A DNA stretch of 64,000 bases. It comes from Balanoglossus misakiensis. Lineage: Eukaryota; Animalia; Hemichordata. The first letter of the stretch is position 1. Every line of letters starts with the position of its first letter. A program made the position numbers and the translations under genes. Positions 1 through 16,721 of this stretch are shown in pieces. The notes under the pieces are model-generated. The model did not search any database. It was given only the letters and a program-made list of their open reading frames with translations, and had not been told where the DNA came from. The DNA is taken from assembly GCA_040954595.2 (NCBI GenBank), contig CM082596.2, positions 6,088,791-6,152,790 on the forward strand, given 5' to 3'.

Positions 1-612
1 GAGTGACTGATTGACTGGAGGACAGACTGTCTCTCCGTGCGCATTGTGATTGGTGTATGTCACCATGGTTACAAAGCTACCACAAGGGAAACCCATCAAC
101 GGCACAACAAATGTTGCCGCGGAGAAAGTTACAATCGACGCGGCGATTTGTTGCCCAGATCAAAGCATGCAATGCACGCAAATGATCATATTGCTTGATA
201 TTTTATTTGACTGGCGTTGTGATGGAGAAAAAAACAACACAACAGGTGGCACGAGTTAGGCCGTGCAACGCGTGTTCATCATTTTGGCTCTGTCAAGTAA
301 TTAATCTGTGCCATTCCGCAGCGGGTTGTTATACCACTGCATTAACCAATTGCATGTATGTAGGCAGAAGGCTGAGCCTGGAGACATTTCAAGTTACACA
401 CGGGGCAGCAATGCCATTGATTGCGACAACCACCATGCACGAGCGTGCCTATCAGGAAATATGAATCTATCGGAAACATATACAATGCGAGGGAAAGACA
501 GTGTGGTATGACTAATAAGTATATGTCGGAGGTTATAGCCTAATGCTGTACTAATGATATTATATTTTAAGATTTCTCTATCAGGTCCAGATTTCATGTT
601 GAAGAACGTGTG

Positions 613-915
613 TTATAACACACCATGCAGCGAACCCTCGATCGTGATTCGTCAATACGGCGTCACGTGACCATCGTCATTTCGAACTGTTGCCTAGAGC
701 ATCAGTTCGATCGGTTTGGTGTGTTATAAAACACATGATGACTGACATATTCGGGCAACAGTGTATTTTTAATGACCTCGGGACTGCCAGTCACACCAAA
801 ACAGTCGTTTTCCCTCGGGCTATGCCCTCGGGAAAACAAGACTGTTTTAGTTGTGACTAGCAGCACCCTCGGTCATCAAAATACACTGTTGCCCTCATTG
901 TCAGTCATCATGTGT
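613..915. repeat. Double inverted-repeat (foldback) element, probably a non-autonomous palindromic repeat
   Basis: 731-915 is an imperfect palindrome (ACACATGATGACTGACA...GGGC-TAT-GCCC...TGTCAGTCATCATGTGT) centred at 821-823. A second inverted pair, TTATAACACACCA (613-625) and TGGTGTGTTATAA (717-729), lies directly upstream. Confidence 0.8.
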
Positions 916-1785
916 ATATTATGTCCTCTTTGCTATCGCATAAGTATAGCGCCCTCTGTAGTGTATAGTCGATGAGACGAAATACATTGTACACAGTTCG
1001 GACATACGCAACATTTCGACGGGACATTTTTCCGAGTGTTGAACGCAGGTTTTAGCAACCAGGTAACAACATTCGACATCTGAACCCCTGAAAACTTTAT
1101 ACAGGTGGGTAGTAAAGTGAATCTCGGATGTTACAGTAATTAGCCGTTCTCCCATACGACTGGGATTCACCCGCGCAAGGTTGAAGGGTCACGTGGGGGT
1201 CATTTGCCAGTTTATACCCCTAGGAGAATCACACACAGATGTTAAAATACCGGCGATGCATGTCAGCATGACCAACGTGCATGTCCAAGACAAACGAAGA
1301 ATTCAAGTGTGTTTTATCATCAAATTGATGCCCACATCAGGACGATTAACTCGTTGGCAACTATGATAACCAACTTCCGTGTTCGTGTAGGAAACATCAT
1401 GGAACCAGCAACAGCACGTGTGCAAAATATATCGATATTAAACACCGCATTCGCCATATAGATCACCAGATAAACCCTGTCGAACTTCGTATGGTTGATT
1501 AGTTACTGAAGCTAGGGACTTGGCTTTCCTTACGTACACTTTCGTTTTGTTTTAAATGTGTGCAATAAAATTGGCAGCAGTCCAAACATGAAATCGCGCC
1601 TCTTGACATATATAATATACATAGTATATTATACTATTGATTAGTCATATATTAACCTTTTATTAGAGCGTCAGATCTGATATATTGTGTATTGTAAAAG
1701 GTGTGGCTGTACCCTAATCTGATTTAAATAAGAACTGAACGTTTGCATACAGTGTATACATTTCAAAATTATTGCTATTTCAGAC

Positions 1786-5611
<3,826 letters not shown>

Positions 5612-6539
5612 CGTTTTGATAAACCGCAGCTGACGTAAACTGCCGTTCACATTTTAGATCTTTACCCGGGTTCCACATTTACATGTACTATAATTTCACG
5701 TCTTAATTTTAGACAAAGTGGATTTTTTTCTACATCATAGTCATCACCTGCAGAATGAGCTGCATAAAAACACCTGAATGTAGAGGGCCAGGAAAGGAGT
5801 GTACGGTTACCTGCATCAGAAGAATTGTGTTTCACCGCATACCAAGTCTGGGAGTACAGATAATAGAAAAACAGGAATCATTTGCCAAAATTGCATGCTG
5901 ATGCAATGAATGTGTGCAGGAATTTTCTATCATGCCAGAAATAGGACATCGTCAAGTCACTTAACCTCCGGCCATGCATGTTGGTTGGCGACCTTGAAAA
6001 TTAATCAAATTAGCTTTGGGACAGTTGACATGTTTACTTTTGTTTGGGTTTCTATTACCCCTGTACAAACTAATTATTCTGGATTTGGGGAAGGGTTAAC
6101 CACTAATAAATCATACTTTCCTGACTCCGTTTTTTTGAAACTTTGACGATAATTGAAGCGGTGGAAATGTGCTTTCGAAAGAGCAATGTTTGATGATTAA
6201 AAGTCAAAGGTAAAAGACGACGGTATTTCAGGTGATCAGCTGTGATAATGTTACAATAATGGCTCTCATAGCGGAGATAAGTTCCGCTTTTCATCATCAC
6301 TATTTAATAAGCTTAAGGCGTGTGAGAGACATATGCGTGTACCTGCTTCTTGTGAGTTTCTATTTTAAAAAAAAGTTAATTCAAAAGTTAATTATGACAA
6401 TTGCCATATAAACATAGGGCACGGGTTGTTAAATCGAAGAAACGCCACTCAGTTGATGAGATGGGAAGGTTGACGGCTTTAAGCAAGAAGAAGGCATTTT
6501 TGTAAAAAAAAAGCTTTCAGTTTACAGCAAATCGCGAAG

Positions 6540-9500
6540 ATGCCACACGTGAGTAGATTTTAATTAGCTGGAAGGAACCGCCTCCAGTTGTCGCAGACGT
6601 TCAAATAGCAAAGTTATCCGATTAAAGCTGAAATTTAGTAGCGAACTCAAATTTTCTGGATCCGAGTTCTCGGTTTTCATTAAGTAAAACCCACATGCAC
6701 ACAATTTCGTTGCTTGGGTATAAACCTTGCCACTGAAATAGGAAGGGCTGTCTGTCTGTCTGACTGATTGTATTCCGCAGATAGGAAGCACTCATGATAT
6801 AGGACTGATGAAGCTCAGAGCCCGTCAACAATATGTTTTGGTATAGGCATGCATTGAACAACGGAAATGATATACATGTACATGTACTATACATTCCCCC
6901 TTGCAGACACAAAATGGCGACTGGAGGTCCACCTGTGGACTAGGTAGATTTCGGCCGCCGTGGCTCCAGCGTTTGGCAAACACAAAGAGCGTCCTGTTCT
7001 TGATTTCGTTCGCATGGATGGTCGTCGGCATGGCTACGAGCATAGTCATCGTCAGCATTTCCACCTTGCAGAGACGCTACAACCTGTCCAGCACCACGAT
7101 CGGCATCTTCACTTCTCTGAAGGACGCGGCCGAAGTCACCTCCATCGCTGTTTGCACTTACTTCGGGGGCCGGGCGGGCAGCGACAAGACCCGCTGGCTC
7201 GGCGGCGGACTCCTCATCTTCGCCGCTGGACTGTTCGTCGCCGCGGCTACCCAGTTGGCGTCGGACGAATTCGACTACCAAACAGCACGCTTCGGTGTCG
7301 ATGACAATATCACCAACACCCTGGAACTTTGCGACGGCGCTGCGGAGTACCAAACCGGCTGCGACAGAACCATTGCAACGTCGTTCATCAAACGAGGGTC
7401 TGAACCGGCCATCTTGATCATGGTAGCCTACGTTCTAATGGGGCTTGGTAACACACCACTTTTCACCTTGGCCATTGCTTACATCGACGACAATGTCCCC
7501 AAAGCAAAATTGCCAATGTACATGGGTAAGTTGGCAAGGGATGTCAACAAAACCACGGTTATACTGGACCAAAACTACGTCAGATACAGTTATGAATGTT
7601 GCCATATGCAAACGAGATAACATAAAAACTTCCAGAATGCGGTGATTATTCAAAGTATTCGACACTTTACTTGATCATCCTCTCCTGGTATCGTCGCAAG
7701 GACAAAATCATTGCTCATCAGTATTTCTTGGAAGTTTAGCACACTGACCAATAATGAAAGTATATGAACCTCCGTTTACTTGCACAGGCCGTAAACTATT
7801 ACAGCTACCTGTACATCCAACAACGGCATTTCTCGTTTACAATATGACTGTGTCTATACCCAGAAATGAATGTTGAGTGATGTGACTGACTTTCTGTTCT
7901 TTTTCCTCTTAGGCGTGGTCAACTCGACCTTCACTGTCGGTAGTATAATCGGCATGTTACTGGCTGCGTACTTCTCCAAGTTCTATGTCGACTTTTATCG
8001 CGTTGACATGGATGCGCTTGATCTGGACGAGAGAAATCCGCGGTGGGTGGGCGCTTGGTGGCTGGGGTACCTGCTGGTTGCGGTTCTGTCTTTGGCGGCG
8101 TCTTTGCTGATCTTTCTTATGCCGTCGGAGATTCCGAACGGGTCGAAACGTAAGGACCAGTTAATGATGACCAGCAAAGAGGATGCAGAAAAGGTCAAAG
8201 AAGAGCGTGAAGATTTCGTCACTGGCGTCCCTCGAGGAACTGTTTCGAACTTTAAAGGTAACAGACAGTTTCAATACTATCATCACACTATTTACATTTA
8301 CAGGTTACTAGAAATGGCGACTTATAGTCAACATATAATGGTGGACCATTTCCCAAACTCCACGAGACCTTGCGAGATCTCGCAAGGCTAGGCTGTTTAT
8401 ATGAGAGGACATTCTCACGTGACACAGGGCAGACAACACATGTGTGTACCACCTGATAAGCAGACATACATATAATTTATACTATCAAGGCGCTCTTGTG
8501 GAAAGTGCTTGTGTTGGAAAATGACCAGTATGACAACACATACAACTGATCAAACTACCAGTGTAGGGTACACTTGCTCAAATGGGAGCACAGTGTCCTT
8601 GACGCTCTTTTTTATCCCGTGGACAGAGTCGCTACGGGCCATCACTCGACTGTTCACCAACGTGCCGTTCATCAGCTTGGTCCTGGCCAGAGTGATGTAC
8701 ATGGCTATGTTTGAGGTTTCGATTTTCATTCCGAAGTACATCGAAGAACAATTCAGAACAACGGTGGCTTTTGCAAGTGCGCTTTTTGGTAAGTACGCGC
8801 TGTTATTTGTGAATCAACGTGACTGATTGTGCGAATGAAACCTCGAAATGGCATTCTAGTCACAGGCCTAACCATTCACACCTGCAATGGATATTATTCC
8901 TGTACAGCTATCACGGTCTTCCCGACCGGAATCCTAGGATTCCTTGTCAGTGGAATTATGTTACGTAGATGGAAGCCAAGACTGCCGCAATTGGCCACAT
9001 ATGCACTGGTCTCTGCAGCAGTGATGGCTTGCATTCCTCTTCTGGGGATAAACATTGGGTGCAACACAGAGAAATTCGCCGGCGTCACAGAACCGTACGC
9101 AGAAAGGCAAGTTTGAACTACATGTATAACATGTGGGAATGTCTCCTGTATCTTTGTATCATGGTTTACACATCTTTGTACACATTTGAAAGCGATTGTG
9201 GTCCTTTTGGTACTGGAAGCCCCATCCGCTTGCGAATTACCAAATTTTATGACTGTGTTATTCATTATTTTTCCCACCAGTGCGTTGGAGACCCCGGGTG
9301 CACAAACGTCCAGTGGCGTGAAGTCTGCATGCAATTCTGACTGCGCATGCTCAGCCGCCTATGCGCCGGTTTGTGGCCCTGGCAACATGACCTATTATTC
9401 GGCTTGTCATGCCGGATGCAAGACTCGTCAAGACGTTCAAGTAATGTGAAAACGATAGACCATTTTCTGAACTCCTGCGAGATCTCGCGAGGCTAGGCAG

Positions 9501-10570
9501 TTCAAGTGGGAGGGCATTACCAATTTCTGTTAAACTGTGCTTTTTCTAGTGTCATACAAAAGCTCAGTTTGCAATACATGTACTTGGGAAGCAACTGGTT
9601 GCTACGGCAACAAACCGAGTCTCGCGAGATCTCGGAATGAGCGGAAAACCATCTCTGCTAGATATTTGAGGTTTGAGAAAATTGAAATATAGAATAGACG
9701 CACGGATACCTGCAACGCGGTGAAACATATGGCAGATAAAACAACATCATTATTTTTTCCCCCGGAAGAACTTTACAGACTGCGGATGTGTCGAGGTGTT
9801 AAACGACACCGTTCAGGGCAGTGTACAGCGAGGGATGTGCGGACAGCCGTGTCCGCATCAGATAATGCTGTTCGGTTTGATGACCGCCTTGTTTGGATTC
9901 GTGTTACCGTTCGTTTGTACTGCTGAAGTGACGTTGTTATTGAGGTGAGTGGTCACAGTGAAAGCAGGATGCAGTGGTATTGGGACTAGAATCATGATAG
10001 CCCACCATACATAAATTTTTAAATCCGAAATTTATATTTACAGAATCGTGTTGCCGACCGATAAATCTTATGCACTTGGTATTCGCGTAATTGCAACAGA
10101 ATTGATCGGTATGTATTACTTTAGTTTTAACTTCTACACCGTGCCGGGCTCGGAAATGCCATGTTTCAGGCTGTAATATAGTGTAAAATGGCGTTTTGTC
10201 AAACATTGCGTTTCATATGAATATTCGTCTACAGCCGTATCATCGGAAACATGTGAACCCTCTCTGACTCATGACAACGTTTGCTCTTACCCCCCCCCCC
10301 CCCCCTCTAGCCACTCTACCGAACCCGATGTATACCGGGGCTCTCATCGACTCCGCGTGTATCTTATGGGGGAGGACGAGGTGCGACGAACGAGGGGCCT
10401 GTCTGCTGTACGACCTCGTAGACTACAAGACAAGATTCTTCGCTCTCATGTTGGGTCTGCTGGCGGCGTCGCTTGCGTCGTTCGTCGTTGTGAGGCTGTC
10501 GATCTACAGACAAGCCGGCCGCCGCTCCAAACGCGAGGAAAGTGTTGAAAAAACCTGGCAACTTGGTTGA
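6540..10570 (+). CDS. Organic anion transporting polypeptide (OATP/SLCO family). Exons 6540-6548, 6907-7525, 7913-8257, 8627-8788, 8908-9106, 9281-9440, 9769-9944, 10044-10108, 10311-10570
   Basis: OATP signature NPRWVGAWWLGYL. Other family motifs: STLQRRYNLSS, LAIAYIDDNV, FIPKYIEEQF, Kazal-like CNSDCACSAAYAPVCGPGNMTYYSACHAGC, DKSYALG, GALIDSACILW, GACLLYD. All nine exons join in frame. The subfamily cannot be assigned. Confidence 0.93.
8343..8413. repeat. Dispersed short repeat, copy 1, in an OATP intron
   Basis: GACCATTT...AACTCC...GCGAGATCTCGCAAGGCTAGGC...CATT is shared with 9456-9518. Confidence 0.6.
9456..9635. repeat. Dispersed short repeat or MITE remnant, copy 2, in an OATP intron
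   Basis: GACCATTTT...GCGAGATCTCGCGAGGCTAGGC matches 8343-8413. The palindromic core CTCGCGAGATCTCG recurs at about 9621. Confidence 0.55.
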
Positions 10571-11043
10571 AGACGGGAATCCATTCTGATTGCGCTGGGC
10601 CAAACTGGGATGATACTAGTATATACAGTGTCTAGTTTAACCTTCTCCACTCACTTCCACGTCGTTTGGTTTGTCGACATCACACAGGAGGAGGAGCTGT
10701 TTTCCGTGACACGAGAACGGGCCCCCATATTCACACGGCAGGTACTAAAGTTGTCGGTATAAACGACCCACCTGCCCCCACGTCTCTCGAGGTCTGTGCG
10801 TAAATCAGCACCCAGCACAAATGATTACAATAGTCATTCTGCTTAAGATCTTTAAAATATATATATTACGTTCTGATTTGGCTATCGCATTATTAAGACA
10901 GTTTCCGAGCGTTTTAAGAGTGTTCATCACCATTCAGTAACACTAGTCTTTAAATTAGTCGTCATCTTTCGTTTTTACACTAAGTTGCCATCGTGAGCAA
11001 ACTTCCAGTGTTTTATATACACATAAACAAAAAGGTAAATAGC

Positions 11044-11846
11044 TTAAGATGGGTCCCTAGGATCTTTTTGCTCGTTGCTATGGGCCTTTATAGGACACTA
11101 CACTCAATTTTGATCGAAACCGTTATGAACGTCCGACAAGGGGCTGGTAACTAGTTAAAAATACACACGATTGTGTGCACACCCCCTGTCTGAGTATGTT
11201 TACGGCAGCTACCGCCCGGCCATAGGCCGCCACGCTAATACGGCAATGCAGCCGTCAGCGATAGCGTGCGCGTCCTGTTACCACAGTAACTGGATCGAAC
11301 GCTAAAAATCCAATGTTTTGTACACAGAGATTTTGTACCGTTCACGAAAATCCCTAAGGCTTTTTTCACAGGCGACGTAGGCCAGCCAAATTTGACCTGC
11401 TTGTTGAGAACGCACTTCCGCATAGTGTGACGGATCGTTTTTTCGGTTTTCGTCGTGCTAAGAAGCGATACCAGTGGAAGAGTGCGTCCAAAAACACCCA
11501 AAATCGATGACTTTTTCAGGTGTGGTACGGGTATGCTGAAATCGTAGGATACAACGATAATATTCGAAAACAAAATCCGTCACGATCTTCCCTGGTTCAA
11601 GCAACTAATGAATACGTATCAAGTTCGTTTTTGAGGTCACGGAATAAAAAGCCTTAGGCTTTTGAAATTTGACCTAACTAATTTGCATATCAATGGCGTC
11701 AGGGGGCGCGCGCTCACAATCGTGCGTATTTTTAACTAGTTACCAGCCCCTTGTTAGACTCTGAAAACGGCTTAGTCCAAATCGGGGTGTAATGTCCTAT
11801 AAAGGCCCATAGCAACGGGCAAAAAGATCCTAGGGACCCATCTTAA
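11044..11846. mobile_element. Non-autonomous TIR DNA transposon (MITE, 795 bp) with TTAA target-site duplication; Kolobok-like termini
   Basis: Left end TTAA|GATGGGTCCCTAGGATCTTTTTG; right end CAAAAAGATCCTAGGGACCCATC|TTAA. Imperfect TIRs extend about 140 bp. The 5'-GA terminus fits Kolobok (RR) better than piggyBac (CC). No transposase ORF. Confidence 0.9.
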
Positions 11847-12347
11847 AGCCACATACTAGTAGGCTACATAGATATCTACCTACTATTTGCACGGATGGAG
11901 TTGGTATAAAGTTAAAATAGTTGGGGCAATTTACAATTAACCCTGTACTGGTTGTACAATGAAACAAAAACAAACGATTTTAATAGCGATGTATATGTCA
12001 AGTTTTCAGAGGATAGAAATAAAAATTATGCTCTGTGCTTAGCATCAGGAATACCTGTACTGTGTTTCACTTAAAAGTTCGGTTTTACTCATGTGAGCAG
12101 TTGCTGTAAAGAGCCGTATATTACGACGGCAAGTTGACCTCGTTGTCCGTGGGGGTCACGAAGTAGTCACGTGATAACGTTGTAGTCATGTGACAACTTT
12201 GTATATTGTGAACACGACGCCCTATCAAACCCAACGGCAACAGTGTATTTGTATTGGCCACAGTTAACATAGCAAAACCTGCAGTGTCTTGTACATCTTC
12301 CCCTCGTCAACTTCTGTAGCCCAATAACCTTATGGCCTTTATCACAG

Positions 12348-15300
12348 CTCTGAGCCAAAACATGCATCTCGACTTCGTGGAAATCGGCAAGACGTATGGT
12401 GACATTTTCACTGTCAAGATCGGGAGTAACTTGGCCGTTGTTCTGAACAGTTACGAGCTGATCGTCGAAGCTTTGGTGAAAAAGCCAACCGATTTTGCCG
12501 GAAGACCACATACATACAGTGGTAAGTTCAACACATGGTGCGCCGCGTTGTTATTGTAAACAACAACAACAACAACAACAACAAGAGCAAGGCCACCAAT
12601 AAAAACAACAACAACAACAACAACAACAACATCATCATCATCGTGAACAATGACAACAATAATCGCCATGATCGTCATCATGAATTGTCAGAGCCTTTTC
12701 AGGCATGACTTAATTTCATTCACGATTTCTTCAACGCATTGATTCTGCTGGCATTGTGTTGTTGTCATTGTTTTCTATAGGCGATGTCGTTAGCGAAGGT
12801 TCAAAGGACATAGCGTTGAGCGATTATAGTGCAACTTGGAAGCTGCACCGAAAAATTGCCCACCAGGCTATAAGGTACGTTGATCATATGTATTAAAGAA
12901 CTCATCATGTGACTTGTAGAGAGGCGAGCTGTTTAGCAACACGCGTATCTGCTGGTGTCAATGTTCATCCAACGTTCATTCCGCCCGCCTAAGTCTGTGG
13001 AAACAATCATCATTTAAACTGCACAATATCATGTATCGATTGATTGACTGATTTTTCTTTCACAGGGCCTTTGGAAGTGGTGATAAACTGGAACGCCTGA
13101 CGCACGAATCGTTTGCGCTCCTTCAGAAAATCCTGGAGGAAAGAGATGGCGAACCAATAGAGATGAAACGTCTTTTTCTTCTGACAGTGAACAACATTAT
13201 GGGCAGAATTTCTTGGGGGCATGGGTAAGACATGTGAAGTTTTTCGTCATTTTACTTAGATTGGGGAGTTTATATAAGTCTGGTGGGCATACACAAACGT
13301 ATCATGAACCTCTGTTCGTGGCTTTGCGTCAAAATGTCAAACAGTATAAGCAGGTGACGCGGCCGTTTATGCAGCCTCCTGTTAAAAGAGTACACGACTG
13401 TGTTGTTACATCACTAACACGCCACTGCACCGTTCCAATAACTCTATGGCCAGTTCCATGGGGGATTTTCCCGCTACTATCTTCTAAATTCATTGCACCA
13501 TGGAGCGCACCTATAAGTACACACACATCAACTTGAAAGAGGAAACCGCCAAAAATCACTTCTGAGGCCCGTTCTGGCTGTAGTGTTCGACGCACATTTT
13601 ATGCAACAGTGTCGACTTCTCCAATTTCAGTCACACTTTGGATGATCCAGAGTTCCAGGAAATCATAAAGCTTACAGACGAATTCATCGAAGTTGTAGGC
13701 CCCGGATTCATCGCCGACGTGCTGCCGTTTATGAAGTACATCCCGACGAAAGGAAAGCGTGACTTGGTCCAGCTGAACAAGAAGTATCTGGCTATACTCA
13801 AAACTAAATTTAGGGAACACAAAGACAGCTTTGATAAAGGTATTGGTCATACGGATTCAAAACAATCCAAACTGAACACAGTGACGTGCGGATTACTTTT
13901 ATACTAATGGAATTGCTTCGACCGCCAGTTTATTATTTCATGCGTGTCTCAGGCCATTACTCCATACGTTGCCAATCTTGTTCGCCTTCTATTCGGAGTA
14001 AATCCAATAATTGTCCCTCTGTGAATGGCCATGCTAATTGGTTCTGACTTTATTCTTACTCCAGATAATCTAAGAGACTTAACGGACCACCTGATTAATG
14101 CACAGAAGCAAGCCGTCGAGGAAGGCATCGGAGATATTGAGAAGTTGACGGATACACATTTGGTACAAACAGTGAATGATATATACGGAGGTACATGTTA
14201 AACCACATCATAACTGTGTTTGTCAGTTTGTTCGTGTATGTGTTTGCCAGTGTGTGTGAGAGAGAGAGATGGGGGAGGGAGAGAGGGGGGAAAGGAGACA
14301 TATTGACAGAGAGATAGCATAATGATCAATGGGAGTGAAGGGAAGACAAATATACCAAACGGCCCTGTTCATCCCTTCACTGAAACACGACACGAGAATG
14401 TACCAAAAGTATACAAAGCGAAATGCATACGGTTATGTTATAGCATACTTTAAATATTCAAGTAACTTAGGTGTGAATTTCAAGCTTCCGTGTCAACCTG
14501 TCTGTCATCTGTTGTCCCCCAGCTGGAGTCGACACCACCACCGAAACCATGGATTGGTCCGTCGTCTTCATGATTAGACACCCGGATGTACAGACCAGGG
14601 TTGCCATGGAGATCGACGACGTAATTGGTCGAGATCGGCAGCCGCTGCTTTCCGACCGCGCAAAGATGCCGTATTGCGACGCTGTGCTTCATGAAGTGAT
14701 GAGAATACGGCCGGTTGCTCCGTTGTCGGTGCCCCACAAGGCTCTTGTTGATTCGACCATAGGTGAGGAGATCAGAATTGTTGTCTCACTGTTTCCTGTA
14801 TACCCGCGTCTTTGTTACTGTTAGACTGTTTGTTTGTCCCCCCGGAGTGCAGTATTCATCGGTGTAGCACCGCTGTCGTCACGAGTCTGGTGTGAACATC
14901 ACGATTGGCCTGGAGCAGTTTCATCAACGTGGATTTTATCACCGTCTTCCACACCGTCTGATGTGACTGTCAGCTGCTCGCGCATCAATAGCTGTCGTGT
15001 CCACATCCTTCGTTTGTGGTGGCTGAATTCTTGTCTCGTCCAACAGGTGGCTTTAAGGTGCCTAAGGATACCTGGGTGATGGTGAACTTATGGTCTGTCC
15101 ACATGAACGAGAAGAGCTGGCAAAACCCCAACGAGTTTAGACCAGGTATGTACGCTTTGTATCCGCCGTGACTTGTGCAAATACTTTCTGAACAATGCAG
15201 TTTGTGTGACAGTTGGTGTGACAACTTGGACGCATCACTTCTCGTCGAAAATGTTGCCACCGTAATTATAATCACAACACTTTTTTCAGTGTCACTGTTA

Positions 15301-15759
15301 TGAAAATTGACTTGTAGATCCTAAGCGAAATACATGTACAAGTAATCTCATGCACAAAACAACACAGTGTAAATCGAATCACGGGCGTGCGTATTTATTC
15401 CGGAAATTTTTCCCTCTTACTTTCTTTCAGAGCGATTTCTCAACGAAGACGGCTCATTGAAAGCCAAACAAGACAACTTTATGCCATTCTCGGCAGGACG
15501 TCGGGTCTGCCTCGGCGAATCGTTGGCGAAACCCGAACTCTTTCTTCTGTTTGTCTCCCTCTATCAACGATTTACGTTTTCTCCTGTTCCCGGAAAGGAC
15601 TTGCCGAGTTTAGACGGCAATGCTAGTGCCTTAGTTTTAAGGGCGAACAAGTGTAAAGTTGTGGTCAAAAAGCGATTTAACACAGGGCTCGAAATTAAAT
15701 TTTTAATGTGGTGGTCCAAGTGGACCACCACAAATAAAAATGTGGTGGTCCAAAACTAA
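12348..15759 (+). CDS. Cytochrome P450, clan 2 (CYP17/CYP2-like); 5' anchor exon not found. Exons 12348-12521, 12781-12874, 13066-13224, 13631-13839, 14065-14190, 14523-14762, 15047-15145, 15431-15759
   Basis: DFAGRP, helix C WKLHR, I-helix AGVDTT, K-helix EVMR, FRPERF and heme motif FSAGRRVCLG. All eight exons join in frame through GT-AG introns with no internal stops. Confidence 0.92.
12559..12641. repeat. (AAC)n/(ATC)n microsatellite in a CYP intron
   Basis: Direct trinucleotide runs. Confidence 0.9.
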
Positions 15760-16721
15760 ATTTGGTGGTCACACCAATGAAACATGTAAGTCGTAACTTA
15801 AAGTCTACATGTACGCGTACGCGCGCTTGTATGCTGTAGCAGGACGCACAGTGATGTACGTGCGGTAACCTAGGCCACAAACTTAGCACGTGTCGGCGCT
15901 ATAATTTATTCACGCAGAAGCCATTAGATATAACAAAGCAAGTAGGGCTTCTGGGGTCATTTTCCTTGATGATATAACACAAGAATTCGCTACCTTGTCT
16001 GTACTAATGCGTATTGGGGGGGGGGACCACTTGCAACACGATCTCTTTCTTTATGTACTTATTCGCTACATTGTAAGATTTTTTTGTGTTGGGCCGTCTA
16101 GACTTGAAGGGAGAACTCATTCAAGTCGATGTTTATGAAAGCCTGCTTGTCTATTGCTATTTTGTTGCACGTAATTCAAATACAATTTCACGCAATTTTA
16201 TTTCGCTCTTTGCGTGCACTGCACGTAAAACATAAAATATCAAACGCGACCCCATAAACCGCGACTCTGCATGTCAAAAGAACTCTATTGACATTACAGT
16301 TATTCCATTGACGGACTTGCGTTAGCATAATGTACATAGACCCTGGAGCATACACTGCGTTTCCAATGGTGATGCCCAATAGTATTGCTAAACGTCACAG
16401 TAGTTTCAAGGCTACCCCGAAAATATAGTTCCATTGCTTATTTGTATATGGGTTACATGAAACGGGTCTTTGTTCACGTATATGGTCATGCGGGTAGCTA
16501 AGTGACAGCTGGGAGGAGCGTTAGGGATATTGCGGTCCTGAAATATACGGAAGTGAACTATCGCTAAATCATTCCTCTTACCGAACTATCTAAGCACTGA
16601 AGACGAACGAATTATAATTGGTGGTCAAAATGGACCACCAATTTTTCAAATGTGGTGGTCCAAAATGAAAATGTGGTGGTCTTTGGACGCAAGACCACCA
16701 TTAATTTCGAGCCCTGTAACA
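15678..16721. mobile_element. Non-autonomous TIR DNA transposon (about 1034 bp, hAT-like CAGGG ends) inserted in the last CYP exon
   Basis: Perfect 16-bp TIRs: CAGGGCTCGAAATTAA (15683) and TTAATTTCGAGCCCTG (ends 16716). TAACA is duplicated on both sides. Multiple subterminal TGTGGTGGTC/GACCACCA repeats occur at both ends. Confidence 0.9.

Noticed and set aside
6805-6825. Hammerhead ribozyme-like CTGATGA plus short stem (also at 52861)
   Set aside because: No GAAA core after stem II and no stems I/III
11211-11230. CCGCCCGGC (PPG) as the missing CYP proline motif
   Set aside because: Inside the MITE, with no hydrophobic anchor before it and no PxxGN after it
15700-15775. Spaced TGTGGTGGTCC repeats resembling a CRISPR-like array
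   Set aside because: These are subterminal repeats of the TIR transposon, mirrored at 16617-16700, in a eukaryotic context with no cas genes
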